From: Allobaculum fili
GTDB taxonomy: Bacteria > Bacillota_I > Bacilli_A > Erysipelotrichales > Erysipelotrichaceae
Direction of reading: 5' to 3'
NCBI RefSeq assembly: GCF_020969955.1
Contig: NZ_JAHDSX010000024.1
Coordinates: forward strand, 1 to 32,000
DNA length: 32,000 nt
This document shows positions 1 to 9,593 of this stretch, one piece after another. The position numbers and the translations under genes are program-made. A model generated the notes under the pieces. That model worked only from the letters and a program-made list of their open reading frames with translations. It made no database searches and was not told where the DNA came from. Numbering within the stretch: position 1 is the stretch's first letter; every line of letters starts with the position of its first letter.

Positions 1-50
1 ACTTTGGAGAAATCGATACCGAGATCGATTGCAGGGATGATTGATTCCAT
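1..50 (-). CDS. 5' end of an unidentified CDS running off the left edge (MESIIPAIDLGIDFSK...)
   Basis: ATG at 50-48 on the minus strand, with AAGGAGG (plus-strand cctcctt, 58-64) 7 nt upstream. Only 16 codons are visible, so no product can be assigned. Confidence 0.4.
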   Translation of the reverse strand, partial: MESIIPAIDLGIDFSK

Positions 51-277
51 GAAAAAGCCTCCTTGAATAAAGGAATTATCCCAAGGAGGCGGTCGAGAAA
101 ATACCCGTCTTTTATTTGACGCTTACCCCTGTTCACAATACCTGTTCAGGTTCCCGGTCAGATTCTCCACTCTTCTCTGGCGGCTTTGCGCCAGACGAAA
201 ACGCCGCAGAAAACTCTGCGGCGCTGGTTTGTGATTGTATCTCGGATCGGTTGGATCCGTCTTTTTTCATTTACAGA

Positions 278-1606
278 CTACTTTTTCGAAGAATCTGCTT
301 TGGAGTCCGCTTTGGATTCGGTCTTGGATTCTGCTTTCGAATCTGCCTTGGAATCGGCTTTGGACTCTTCTTTGGACTCGCTCTTCGCATCGGCTTTGGA
401 TTCATTTGCAGCGCTTTCCGCTTTGGACGATGCCTCAGAAGATGCCTTTTCCTGGGAAGAAGCGCTCGAATCGGCTTTCTTCACGTCAAACTTCTGCAGA
501 AGCTTGAACGTGTCGCCTTCCTTGAGGGATTCGTCTTTTACGCTCGTGAAGAAGCCTTCAAAGAATGTCATCCAGCTTTCCGGCGCAGCAGAAACGGCAA
601 CGGTATCGTTGCTGGACAGATCGAGACTGTCCTCGCCAAGGGTTGCCTTGGAGCGGGTAATGTTTTCGATTTTCTTAAGCGCGCCGTTGGCATCGGTCGT
701 CAGAACGAGACGAACGTCTTCGAGATCGTAGCCGTCCAGAACGAGCGTTCCGTCGCCGCGAATATCGAGACGGCTCATGCCGTAGGAACTTTCGTATACA
801 CTGTCGAGCTGCGTATTGTAGGCTTCCGCATCGGCCATGGAAATGGTCCAGCGGTACTCGTTTCCGATTTTTTCGAGGGTGAAGTCATACAGATCCGGAT
901 ATTCGAGCGGCTGCAGAAGCAGGTTCGATCCGAACATGGAATAAAGCGCGTAAACGACTGAGTTTTCAATCGCGGAATCGAGCTGGTCGGCTTCCACGGC
1001 CGCGTTTTCGTTTTCGTAGGAACTGATGCTGGTGATGGTCATTGGATCGTTGGCTCCAGCAATACGAACGCCGTCTGCAAGCGAGGTGTAGACCACGGTT
1101 TCCCCGTACGGAGAATATTCCGAAAGGCCGCTGATCTGCTGGTTGTTGGAAGCCTGATCGGCGTTTTCAGCTGCAGAACCGTTCTCGCTTCCCGATTCGA
1201 CCGAGCTGCTTTCGCTGCTCGATTTTTCCTTTGCCTTTGGCTCGGTTTCATCTTTGAGCGAATATTCGTACAGCTGATAGAACCGGTCTTTAGCCGGTAC
1301 GCGAATGTCGTAGCTTCTGAGAGACGTCTTCGTTCCTTCGAGCTTGTCCGAAAGCGTATCGATGGAAGTGGATGTTCCGCTTTCGTCGTAGACCAGACCG
1401 GCCGGATTTGCGTCGTACGTCTGATCAACGATGCCCTGGAACACTTCTACGATGTCATCCATCGTGGATTCGCTGCTAATGGCTGCCGCCTTTTTCAGCA
1501 GTTCGCTTGGGGCGTTGTCTTCCGTCACCGGGACGGGTTTGGCACATCCGGAAAGCAGCAGACCGCAGGCCAGCGCCCCCGCCGATGTCCATTTTAAAAA
1601 TTTCAT
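278..1606 (-). CDS. Secreted lipoprotein of unknown function with a Ser/Lys/Asp/Glu-rich repetitive C-terminal tail
   Basis: The N-terminus MKFLKWTSAGALACGLLLSGCAKP has a signal peptide and an L-S-G-C lipobox. A GGAG lies 7 nt upstream of the ATG. The C-terminus consists of SKAD/SKAE-type repeats. Confidence 0.75.
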   Translation of the reverse strand: MKFLKWTSAGALACGLLLSGCAKPVPVTEDNAPSELLKKAAAISSESTMDDIVEVFQGIVDQTYDANPAGLVYDESGTSTSIDTLSDKLEGTKTSLRSYDIRVPAKDRFYQLYEYSLKDETEPKAKEKSSSESSSVESGSENGSAAENADQASNNQQISGLSEYSPYGETVVYTSLADGVRIAGANDPMTITSISSYENENAAVEADQLDSAIENSVVYALYSMFGSNLLLQPLEYPDLYDFTLEKIGNEYRWTISMADAEAYNTQLDSVYESSYGMSRLDIRGDGTLVLDGYDLEDVRLVLTTDANGALKKIENITRSKATLGEDSLDLSSNDTVAVSAAPESWMTFFEGFFTSVKDESLKEGDTFKLLQKFDVKKADSSASSQEKASSEASSKAESAANESKADAKSESKEESKADSKADSKAESKTESKADSKADSSKK

Positions 1607-2009
1607 ACGTGTACTCCTGTCTCTTTTCAGAAAAAAGGCATACGGCAGCCAGAGGCCAGCCAGGAACTTTTTTTGAAAATCATCACTATTGTAAATCGAT
1701 CAAGCCCAGATCCAGACACAGACCCTTTTTCCTCTTTTTCGTTTTCCTGTTTCGCCCTTGGAAAACCCGTACTAAGCCGTCCGGTAAAAACGACGGCGGA
1801 TACGGCGAGAATCTGTTTTTGTCTGTGCACTGTCTGACGGTATCGAAACTTTCTAAAAGAAAGATTAATTTTCCCAGGCATCGAAACTCTTTACATAAGC
1901 CAGAAAAGAATTGCGAAAGAATGTGAAGAATAATGCCGGAAAAATCCAAAGCCGGCATGATCCGTCAGAGCGGAAAGGGACCCTTTGTAGACAGTTCCTT
2001 TCCAGACGA

Positions 2010-2042
2010 TAAAAGAAAACGGCAGTGCGTCTGGCACTGCCG
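2010..2042 (-). terminator. Intrinsic terminator downstream of rpsO
   Basis: Minus strand reads CGGCAGTGC-cagac-GCACTGCCG followed by TTTTCTTTT. Confidence 0.6.
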
Positions 2043-2063
2043 AAAGCATAGCTTTGTTTTGGA

Positions 2064-2327
2064 CTACTTTCTCAGACCGAGTTTTGCGATCAGAGCTTTG
2101 TAGCGGTCGAGGTCTTCGCGCTTCAGGTAGTTGAGCAGGCTTTTGCGGTGTCCAACCATTTTCATCAGACCTCTGTAGGAATGATAGTCGTGTTTGTGAA
2201 CCTTGAAGTGCTCTGTGAGCTCGTTGATCCGGCGGGTCAGAATTGCGATCTGAACTTCAGGAGAGCCGGTGTCTCCTTCGTGTACGGCGTATTCTTTAAT
2301 AATCGCCTGTTTTTCTGCACTGGTCAT
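2064..2327 (-). CDS. rpsO: 30S ribosomal protein S15
   Basis: The translation [70 protein letters not shown] is a typical S15. I chose the second ATG because GAGGAGG lies about 8 nt upstream of it. The longer ORF to 2399 has no support. Confidence 0.93.
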   Translation of the reverse strand: MTSAEKQAIIKEYAVHEGDTGSPEVQIAILTRRINELTEHFKVHKHDYHSYRGLMKMVGHRKSLLNYLKREDLDRYKALIAKLGLRK

Positions 2328-2413
2328 TTTCATATCCTCCTCAATGCATTTGGTGTCATTCAGCGCCAAGCAGGGGCTGGAGAACCCTGTGCCGGGCACG
2401 AATCTATATCAGA

Positions 2414-3523
2414 TTACTCTTTACTCAAGAGAAAATCAACTAAAATCGAATCCAGAACTTCCATGCCGGATTCACTCAGGGAAAGCTTTCCGTCTTTTCG
2501 GATAAAGACGTCTTTCCACTTGTCTAAAACGTCCACGTAGCGGCTTTCCAGATCCATTCCGTACTTCGCGTTCCACTTTTGAACATCGAGACCTTCGCGT
2601 GTCCGCAGGCCGGTCATGATCGCGTCAAATTCAGGATTGGGATTTTCCGGGCGGATCTTTTCGAACGGATTTTCCATCCAGGCTTTTAAAGACGAGGCGT
2701 GTTCGTACAGTCCCGTTTCATCCCGGCCGACGGCACCAAAGCCAAAGCCGTAATACAGACCATCCTGCCATATGAGAAGGTTGTGTTTACCGTACGCCTG
2801 ATTTTTCGCATAGGACGAAATTTCGTAATGCTCGTATCCGGCAGCTTCCAGCCGTTTTTCGATCGTTTCGTACTGCAGAGCGCAGAGATCTTCATCCAGA
2901 TCGTCTTCGGAATACCGACTGCCAAAGCGGGTTCCCGGTTCGAGAATCAGCGAATAAATGGACAGGTGCGAAATGTCCAGATTCAAAAACGCGTCGAGAT
3001 CCCGGTTGAGATCTTCCAGACTTTCTCCAGGAAAGCCGTACATCAGATCGGCGCAGATCCGCTCAATCCCGCTTTCTTTTAATAGCGCGATGGCTTTCAG
3101 CGAATTTGGAACGGTGTTCGTACGGCCAATCTGCTTCAGTCGTTCTTCATCAAAGGTCTGCAGACCGATCGAAACGCGATTGACTCCAGCTTCTCGATAC
3201 AGCCGGAGCTTTTCTTTAGTGATCGATTCGGGATTGACCTCAACCGTCCACTCCGTATTTTCATTTGCAAAGTACTTAAACAGCTCGAGCAGCCGTTTTG
3301 TCTGTGAAAGATTCAGCACGCTGGGCGTACCTCCTCCAAAATAGAGCGTCTGAAAGCGAAAATCCGGATGGTTCTGCTTCAGCGGTCCAAGTTCAGCTTC
3401 CACTTCGCTTTGCAGGGCGTCGAGCCACGTATCGACAAGTTCAAGCCGGGCACTTTTGGCAAAGGCACAGTAGGAACAGATCGAGGAGCAGAACGGAACG
3501 TGAACGTAAGCCGAAGGGATCAT
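2414..3523 (-). CDS. hemW: Radical SAM HemN-like protein, heme chaperone HemW family
   Basis: The N-terminus carries a CxxxCxxC radical SAM motif ([13 protein letters not shown]) and there is an HNxxYW-like motif (HNLLIW). It sits in the classic position downstream of lepA, with an ATGA stop/start overlap. Confidence 0.88.
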   Translation of the reverse strand: MIPSAYVHVPFCSSICSYCAFAKSARLELVDTWLDALQSEVEAELGPLKQNHPDFRFQTLYFGGGTPSVLNLSQTKRLLELFKYFANENTEWTVEVNPESITKEKLRLYREAGVNRVSIGLQTFDEERLKQIGRTNTVPNSLKAIALLKESGIERICADLMYGFPGESLEDLNRDLDAFLNLDISHLSIYSLILEPGTRFGSRYSEDDLDEDLCALQYETIEKRLEAAGYEHYEISSYAKNQAYGKHNLLIWQDGLYYGFGFGAVGRDETGLYEHASSLKAWMENPFEKIRPENPNPEFDAIMTGLRTREGLDVQKWNAKYGMDLESRYVDVLDKWKDVFIRKDGKLSLSESGMEVLDSILVDFLLSKE

Positions 3524-5325
3524 TTGTCGTCATCCATGCTTAGAACGGCCATGAAGGCTTCCTGCGGAATTTCGACGCTGCCGACCATCTTCATGCGCTT
3601 CTTTCCTTCCTTCTGCTTTTCGAGAAGTTTTTTCTTTCGGGAAATATCGCCGCCGTAGCATTTTGCCAGAACGTTTTTGCGCAGCGCCTTGATGTTGGTA
3701 CGGGCGATGACCTTGGAACCGATCGCTGCCTGGACCGGAATTTCAAACTGCTGTCTGGGAATCAGATCTTTCAGCTTGACAGCCATCGCGTTGCCGCGCG
3801 CGTAAGCGAAATCCTTGTGGACGATGATGCTCAGCGCATCGACCGGCTGACCGTTCAGCAGGATGTCGAGTTTCTGCAGATCGCTCTTTCGATAGCCGGA
3901 GAACGTGTAGTCAAAGCTGGCGTAGCCTTTGGTAGAACTTTTCATGCGGTCGAAAAAGTCGAAGATGACTTCCGAAAGCGGCATTTCATAAATGAGTTCC
4001 ATGCGGGTGTCGTCGATCATCTGCAGATCAATGTACTCGCCGCGCTTTTTCTGGCAGAGATCCATCATCGTGCCGACGTATTCTTTCGGAACGAGAATTT
4101 CCGCTTTTACGTACGGTTCTTCGATCCAGTCAATGTTCTGCGCGGGCGGAAGAGCGGCCGGGTTGTCAACTTCTTCCACCGTGCCGTCGGTTTTATGAAC
4201 CTGATAAATTACCGACGGACTGGTCGCAATCAGATTGAGGTTATACTCACGCTCCAGACGCTCTTCGACAACGTCCATGTGCAGCAGGCCTAAAAAGCCG
4301 CAGCGAAAGCCAAAGCCAAGCGCCTGCGATGTTTCGGGCTCAAACTGAAGGGACGCATCGTTGAGCTGCAGCTTTTCGAGCGCTTCCTTTAAATCGTCAT
4401 AACGGGCATTGTCGACTGGATACAGACCGGCGTACACCATCGGCTGCATTTCCTTATAGCCGTGCAGCGGCGCGTCCGCCGGCTGATCGGCGAGCGTAAT
4501 CGTATCGCCGACCCGCACGGTTTTAATGTCCTTAACCGAAGCAGCAACCCAGCCGACATCGCCGGCGGAGAGCTTTTCCTTGTTTAAAAGCTTGGGCGTA
4601 CGAACGCCGAGTTCCGTGACTTCGTATTCGGCTTTGGACTGCATCAGACGAATGCGGTCGCCGACTTTGAGTTCGCCGTTTTTGACGGAAACCCAGGCGA
4701 TAACGCCTTTGTACGGATCGTAAACGGAGTCAAAGACGAGCGCCTGCAGCGGCTTGTCCTTGGAACCGGTCGGCGCCGGAAGCTTGTTGACGATTTCTTC
4801 GAGAACCTTATCGACGTTCAGGCCGGATTTGGCTGAAATTTCCACCGCTTCCGAGCAGTCGAGGCCGATCAGGTTTTCAATTTCCTGTTTAACGACTTCC
4901 GGCTGGGCGCTTGGAAGGTCAACTTTATTGAGGACGGGAAGTATTTCCAGGTCGTTTTCCAGGGCCAGATAGACGTTGGCCATCGTCTGGGCCTGCACGC
5001 CCTGTGCCGCATCCACGACGAGAATGGCGCCTTCGCAGGCGGCCAGCGATCGGGACACTTCATACGAGAAGTCGACGTGACCCGGTGTATCGATCAGATG
5101 AAAGAGATAGTCTTCCCCGTTTTTTGCGTGATAAACCAGTTCAACGGCGTTGAGCTTAATGGTGATGCCACGCTCACGCTCCAGATCCATGGAGTCGAGA
5201 ATCTGCGACTTCATTTCCCTCTTTTCCACCGAATCCGTCAGTTCGAGGATGCGGTCGGCCAGAGTGGATTTTCCATGGTCAATGTGGGCAATAATTGAAA
5301 AATTACGAATGTGCTGTTGATCCAA
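3520..5325 (-). CDS. lepA: Translation elongation factor 4 (LepA)
   Basis: [23 protein letters not shown] contains the G1 motif, and the LepA-type sequence is full length. I chose the TTG start at 5325 because GGGGGA lies 5 nt upstream and the N-terminus (M)DQQHIRNF is typical. The ATG at 5370 would add 15 atypical residues. Confidence 0.93.
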   Translation of the reverse strand: MDQQHIRNFSIIAHIDHGKSTLADRILELTDSVEKREMKSQILDSMDLERERGITIKLNAVELVYHAKNGEDYLFHLIDTPGHVDFSYEVSRSLAACEGAILVVDAAQGVQAQTMANVYLALENDLEILPVLNKVDLPSAQPEVVKQEIENLIGLDCSEAVEISAKSGLNVDKVLEEIVNKLPAPTGSKDKPLQALVFDSVYDPYKGVIAWVSVKNGELKVGDRIRLMQSKAEYEVTELGVRTPKLLNKEKLSAGDVGWVAASVKDIKTVRVGDTITLADQPADAPLHGYKEMQPMVYAGLYPVDNARYDDLKEALEKLQLNDASLQFEPETSQALGFGFRCGFLGLLHMDVVEERLEREYNLNLIATSPSVIYQVHKTDGTVEEVDNPAALPPAQNIDWIEEPYVKAEILVPKEYVGTMMDLCQKKRGEYIDLQMIDDTRMELIYEMPLSEVIFDFFDRMKSSTKGYASFDYTFSGYRKSDLQKLDILLNGQPVDALSIIVHKDFAYARGNAMAVKLKDLIPRQQFEIPVQAAIGSKVIARTNIKALRKNVLAKCYGGDISRKKKLLEKQKEGKKRMKMVGSVEIPQEAFMAVLSMDDDK

Positions 5326-6259
5326 ATGAATCCCCCGCTTTCTTATCGAGCAGGCTTCTGCCTTTTCCATTTAAAAAATCGGCGGACTTCATGGCAGGCT
5401 TTCCTTCAAGCTGCACTTCATCGAGCAGAAACAGTCCTTCGTGTCCGCCCATGGCAAACTGTTTCTTTCCTTTTTTGGTAAAGACGCCGATGCCTGGGGT
5501 TTCGCCCGGTTCGTAGCGTACTTCGAGAATCTTGAGCTTTTTGCCATCGGCGATGACATAGGCTCCAGGTTCTCTGGACAGGGCACGGATCTGGCAGCAG
5601 ATCTGACGATCATCCCTGCTCAGATCGACCTTTTCGTCTTCCGGCAATATTTTCTGCGCGTACATAGCCTTGCATGCATCCTGCTTTTGGAAGACGAGTT
5701 CGCCTTTCAGCAGAGCAGGCAGATTTTTTACGATCAGCTTTCCGGCGGCTTCGCCCATTTTCTTAAAGAGCGTAGTCGAGGTTTCGCAGCTGTCGATTGG
5801 AATTTCAATACTGTCCGCGACCGGACCGGTATCCATTCCCTTTTCCATGAGCATGAGACACATACCGGTTTTGGGACAGCCGTCCCAGATCGCCCTTTGA
5901 ATGGGAGCCGCTCCGCGGTATAACGGAAGCAGCGATCCGTGGAGATTGACGCACCCCTGTTTCGGTGCGTTCAGAACGCCTTCGGGGACGATCTGTCCGT
6001 AGGCGCAGGTTACGATCAGATCTGCATGGCAGTCTTCGATCGGTTTGTAGTCTTTGGAAATCTTCTCAGGTGAAAAGACGGGCAGGCCATGTTCAAGAGC
6101 AAGCTGTTTTACTTCGCAGGGCTGCAGTATGCCCTTGCGTCCTACCTTGCGGTCGGGCTGGGTAACTACGAGCACAATATTTGCCTTGTCATCAATCAGA
6201 GCCTGGAGAACATCCGCGGCAATTTGCGGGGTTCCCATAAAAATAATGCGATTTTCCAT
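5303..6259 (-). CDS. fmt: Methionyl-tRNA formyltransferase
   Basis: [22 protein letters not shown]... and [21 protein letters not shown] are typical Fmt sequences. AAGGAGG lies 8 nt upstream of the ATG at 6259. The 3' end overlaps the lepA start by about 23 nt. Confidence 0.9.
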   Translation of the reverse strand: MENRIIFMGTPQIAADVLQALIDDKANIVLVVTQPDRKVGRKGILQPCEVKQLALEHGLPVFSPEKISKDYKPIEDCHADLIVTCAYGQIVPEGVLNAPKQGCVNLHGSLLPLYRGAAPIQRAIWDGCPKTGMCLMLMEKGMDTGPVADSIEIPIDSCETSTTLFKKMGEAAGKLIVKNLPALLKGELVFQKQDACKAMYAQKILPEDEKVDLSRDDRQICCQIRALSREPGAYVIADGKKLKILEVRYEPGETPGIGVFTKKGKKQFAMGGHEGLFLLDEVQLEGKPAMKSADFLNGKGRSLLDKKAGDSFGSTAHS

Positions 6260-6368
6260 TTGTCGGCCCTCCTTTCGGATCACTATTATAAACGATAGTT
6301 ATCCCTTTTGTTGCATCTCATAATTGGGTTTGCTATAATTTCAAAGCATTATGTCAGGAGGTGTCACC

Positions 6369-6632
6369 ATGCCGCAGATCAAACAGCAGAAAAAGCGTGT
6401 TCTCACGAATAATAAAGCTAGAAGCCGCAATGTTTCGCAGAAATCCGCTCTCAAAACTGCCATTAAGAAAGTTCTTAAAGCTGTAGAAGCACAGGATAAA
6501 GAAGCAGCCCAGGCAGCTTACGCACAGGCTTGCTCCAAGCTTGATAAAGCTGTTGCCAAAGGTTTCAAGCATAAAAATTATGCTTCCAACCAGAAATCAA
6601 GACTGGCACAGGCTGTCAACTCCATTCAGTAA
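6369..6632 (+). CDS. rpsT: 30S ribosomal protein S20
   Basis: MPQIKQQKKRVLTNNKARSRNVSQKSALKTAIKK is a typical S20. AGGAGG lies 7 nt upstream of the ATG at 6369. Confidence 0.93.
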   Translation: MPQIKQQKKRVLTNNKARSRNVSQKSALKTAIKKVLKAVEAQDKEAAQAAYAQACSKLDKAVAKGFKHKNYASNQKSRLAQAVNSIQ

Positions 6633-6642
6633 AATGAGAAAC

Positions 6643-6691
6643 ACGATATCCGATTGAAAGCTTAGCGTGATCCGTCGATATCGTTTTTTTA
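6643..6691 (+). terminator. Intrinsic terminator downstream of rpsT
   Basis: ACGATATCG (6643-6651) pairs with CGATATCGT (6676-6684) and is followed by TTTTTTTATTTT. The loop is rather long at 24 nt. Confidence 0.5.
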
Positions 6692-6799
6692 TTTTGATAT
6701 ACAATCCGTAAATCAGCCGTAAAAAAGGAACCCGATCGTGTAAACACATCGCGTTCCTTTTTCATTTGGCAAAATTTTGATATTCGCATACCGCGCGGA

Positions 6800-7738
6800 T
6801 TAAATTTCCTGCGCTCCCACCTGCAAAATAAAGTTTTCAAAGCCGGCGTCCTTGTCGATCCGCCCGCTTTTCATGCTTTCATCCAGCCGGCTGAGCCAGG
6901 CGAGATCATCGAGCAGCTGATCGGCCCGGAAGCGACGCGCGTTTCGCATCGAGTTCCAGATCCGCCCGGAAGAAGCGTTCAGAATTTTCATCATGTCATT
7001 CTGACTGCGGCCTTCGTCCATGAGTACGCGAACCTGATAGACAAATCGAATCTGGCTGGCCAGCAGAGCGAGAATCGCGATCGGCTCCATATTCTGCCGT
7101 CGAAAATTCCGGTACAGGCCAAGCAGGCGGACTTTATCTTTTTCGAAGAGGGCATCTGTCATTTTAAAGACGTTCGTTGCCGGTTCGACGGTGGTCATCG
7201 CCTTCACATCCCCCATAGAAAGGTGATTCGAATAGAGCGCCATCTTGTCGAGCTGCATGGAAAGGTTCGAGGAAGAATAGCCGGCGTGCGCGCAAAACCA
7301 TTCAAACGCACCCGGATCCATCGTAATCCCCTTTTCCTTCATCATTTCCCTTACTTCCGCCGGCTGTGTCTTTTCAGTCAGACCGATGCATTCGATCACG
7401 GTCGAATTGGTCGCCAGCGTCTTGATCGCCTTTTTACGGGTATCGATCTTTTTGGAATGACAGAGGAAAACAACAACTTTATCGTCCGGCTTGCGTTCAG
7501 CGACTTTTGCCGGATCGACGCCAGAATCGTTTTTTGCACCAAGAAAAGAGGCGTTATCCACGATCAGGAGCGTTTTCGTTCCAAACAGATTCATCGTATC
7601 CATCTCAAACAGAAGTGCCGCTTCCCCATCCGCTTTCGCATCGATGCGAACGGTCTCTTCGCATTTCTCCTTTTCGCGGATCTTTTCGAGCTTATACTGC
7701 ATTCTCGCTTCGTCTTCACCGACCAGAATATACATCAT
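6800..7738 (-). CDS. holA: DNA polymerase III delta subunit
   Basis: MMYILVGEDEARMQYKLEKI...LFGTKTLLIVDNASFLG resembles the HolA N-terminal domain. It sits in the conserved position convergent with rpsT. GAGGG lies 7 nt upstream of the ATG at 7738. Confidence 0.82.
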   Translation of the reverse strand: MMYILVGEDEARMQYKLEKIREKEKCEETVRIDAKADGEAALLFEMDTMNLFGTKTLLIVDNASFLGAKNDSGVDPAKVAERKPDDKVVVFLCHSKKIDTRKKAIKTLATNSTVIECIGLTEKTQPAEVREMMKEKGITMDPGAFEWFCAHAGYSSSNLSMQLDKMALYSNHLSMGDVKAMTTVEPATNVFKMTDALFEKDKVRLLGLYRNFRRQNMEPIAILALLASQIRFVYQVRVLMDEGRSQNDMMKILNASSGRIWNSMRNARRFRADQLLDDLAWLSRLDESMKSGRIDKDAGFENFILQVGAQEI

Positions 7739-7931
7739 GGCTGCACCCTCATTTCCTGACTGCCTGTTTCCATTCTCCAGAAGGAGAATTCGAATTGCCT
7801 CTATTGTACCGGTCCTCTTCTCGAAAGCCAAAATCGACCCATCGCAGGGCTGGGTCAGGAACCGTTGACCCGAAGCCAATTCTCCTCGCCTGCTCTCCGC
7901 CTGTTCCTCGCTCTCCTCTCTGTTTCCTGAA

Positions 7932-7960
7932 GAAAAAAGGACCTGCCAAAGCGCAGATCC
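7932..7960 (-). terminator. Intrinsic terminator downstream of the membrane-protein gene
   Basis: Minus strand reads GGATCTGC-gctttg-GCAGGTCC (8 bp including one G-U pair) followed by TTTTTTCTTC. Confidence 0.55.
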
Positions 7961-8002
7961 GAAAAAGGTACAAAAAGAAAAGCAGCTTGTTCTTTCCGTC
8001 GA

Positions 8003-8656
8003 TCAGATTCTTGGCCCCTGCCAGAGATGCCGGCCGTACTGGGCATACATTTCGCTCATTCCCTGATACAGCGAAAGAATGGCGAACACGAACAGCAGCC
8101 AGGCGGAAAGCTGGGAAAGAAACGGAACAGAGAGCAGGTCGCCAAACGAACTGCTCAGAAAGCCAAGCGATACACAAAGATGAGCCACCCATACGTAAAC
8201 GGGCGCATGCATCATCAGCGGCAGAAACGACAGCATGTATACGCCGCCCACCAGCAATACCACAGAAAGAATCCAGGGATGGAAATGAAGGTGACTAAGT
8301 TCTGCTGCGCTCCACGCGATCTGCGTCAGACCGTTTGCAAAGCCCAGAATAACAGAAAGAATCAGATTGATGTTTCCATGCGGATCATCCCGAAGCAGAT
8401 TCATACGGCTTCCGGTAAAAGCCGCCACGCCAAGTGAAAGCTGCAAAACGCCCATGACTAAGCGGGCATCCGGTGTAATCATGACGATTTTAGACAGCCA
8501 CGTCAGCGTGGCAAACATCGCAAAGACAAACTGCAGCGCCGGATCCGGTGAAGCGCCGCGCAGAATTCCCGGCTTTGTCATCGACGAGGAAGAATCCGCC
8601 GCTTTGGGCAAAATATCGTTTTCCATTCTGGATGAAGGATCCATTTCGTTTTTCAT
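8003..8656 (-). CDS. Six-TM membrane protein, probably GPR1/FUN34/YaaH (SatP-like acetate/succinate channel) family
   Basis: AAGGAGGAG lies 4-5 nt upstream of the ATG at 8656. By recall it resembles E. coli SatP: LLRDDPHGNINLIL against LLEYKKGNTFGLTAF, and the C-terminus LYQGMSEMYAQYGRHLWQGP against IYLAMGEVLNEQFGRTVLPI. The family assignment is tentative. Confidence 0.5.
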   Translation of the reverse strand: MKNEMDPSSRMENDILPKAADSSSSMTKPGILRGASPDPALQFVFAMFATLTWLSKIVMITPDARLVMGVLQLSLGVAAFTGSRMNLLRDDPHGNINLILSVILGFANGLTQIAWSAAELSHLHFHPWILSVVLLVGGVYMLSFLPLMMHAPVYVWVAHLCVSLGFLSSSFGDLLSVPFLSQLSAWLLFVFAILSLYQGMSEMYAQYGRHLWQGPRI

Positions 8657-8922
8657 ATTTCTCCTCCTTTGCCGGTTTGGATACGCCTGATTTTCTCTTT
8701 CGAATATTGAATTCTGGATTGGTCTGCACTCTGGTTTCCGTTCCAGAAATGCATTCTGGAAAAGGATGAGACAAAAAATGCGCAGAGAAACAGGCGCAGA
8801 CAGGCGGCAGATCCAGATCGGGCTTTCGCTTCCATTATCCAGAACGAGCACAATCCCTTCCCTTACGGTGCCCGCTTTTGCCCGATCGGCGCCAGCCCCA
8901 TCCAAAACACGTAAAGCTCCAT

Positions 8923-8961
8923 AAGAAAAAGGCACTTCCTTTCCAGAGAAAAGAAATGCCT
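8923..8961 (-). terminator. Intrinsic terminator downstream of greA
   Basis: Minus strand AGGCATTTCTTT...AAGGAAGTGCCT forms a 12-bp stem with two G-U pairs, followed by TTTTTCTT. Confidence 0.6.
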
Positions 8962-8992
8962 GATGATTTTGAAATGGAGTCAGGATGAAAAA

Positions 8993-9463
8993 TCAGCTGA
9001 CGGATTCGATGCGGACTTCGTAAGGTTCGTCAACGCCTTTAACGACAACCGTATCGCCGGCTTTTTTATCCATGATCGCTTTGACAACCGGAGTTTCATT
9101 GGACACTTTGTGTTCGTAAATGTCCGCTTCGAATGTACCTACGATCGTAAAGCTGAACGTGGAGTTATCGGAAAGATCGCGGATCGTTACGTTGGATCCA
9201 AGACGAACGTTTTTCGCGTCGCCGGTATCTTCTTCGATCAGAACCGCATTTTTGATAAGCGCTTCGAGTTCCTTGATACGGGCTGCTACACGGGCCTGAC
9301 GGTCACGTGCAGCATCGTAGTCGGCGTTCTCGGACAAGTCACCCTGAGCACGGGCTTCCTGCAGTTCAACGATGACCTGCGGCTGAACGACATGAATCAG
9401 ATCTTCAAGTTCGGCTTTATATTTGTCGAGACCTTCCTGGGTCAATAAAATCTTTTCTGCCAT
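8993..9463 (-). CDS. greA: Transcription elongation factor GreA
   Basis: MAEKILLTQEGLDKYKAELEDL...AQGDLSENADYDAARDRQARVAARIKELE is canonical GreA. There is an AAGGAGAAA RBS. Confidence 0.95.
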   Translation of the reverse strand: MAEKILLTQEGLDKYKAELEDLIHVVQPQVIVELQEARAQGDLSENADYDAARDRQARVAARIKELEALIKNAVLIEEDTGDAKNVRLGSNVTIRDLSDNSTFSFTIVGTFEADIYEHKVSNETPVVKAIMDKKAGDTVVVKGVDEPYEVRIESVS

Positions 9464-9593
9464 TGATTATTTCTCCTTACCTTATGCCATACAACAGACG
9501 TACGCTGTTTTCTGACGTATGTATTTCCTGCCGATTCCAAATGCAGAACGGGCAGTCGAAACAGGTGAATTGTACCACAGCCTCAAAACCGAC

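Noticed and set aside
1607-2063. A roughly 450-bp gap between rpsO and the lipoprotein gene, with small ORFs at 1686-1958 and 1627-1881.
   Set aside because: The ORFs lack SD sequences and have implausible compositions. Apart from the rpsO terminator and one weak hairpin (about 1933-1958), I see no structure I can defend.
5326-5370. An ATG at 5370 as the lepA start.
   Set aside because: It adds 15 residues not seen in LepA N-termini and deepens the overlap with fmt. The TTG at 5325 has a well-spaced GGGGGA.
7507-8298. A 263-aa plus-strand ORF, and the 147-aa minus-strand ORF at 7749-8192.
   Set aside because: They overlap the holA start, an intergenic terminator and the well-supported membrane-protein gene. 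The translations are Arg/Pro/Ser-rich with no motifs.
8657-8935. An N-terminal extension of the membrane-protein ORF that would give 310 aa.
   Set aside because: A strong AAGGAGGAG SD sits directly before the internal ATG at 8656. The extension overlaps the greA terminator and has no protein-like features.
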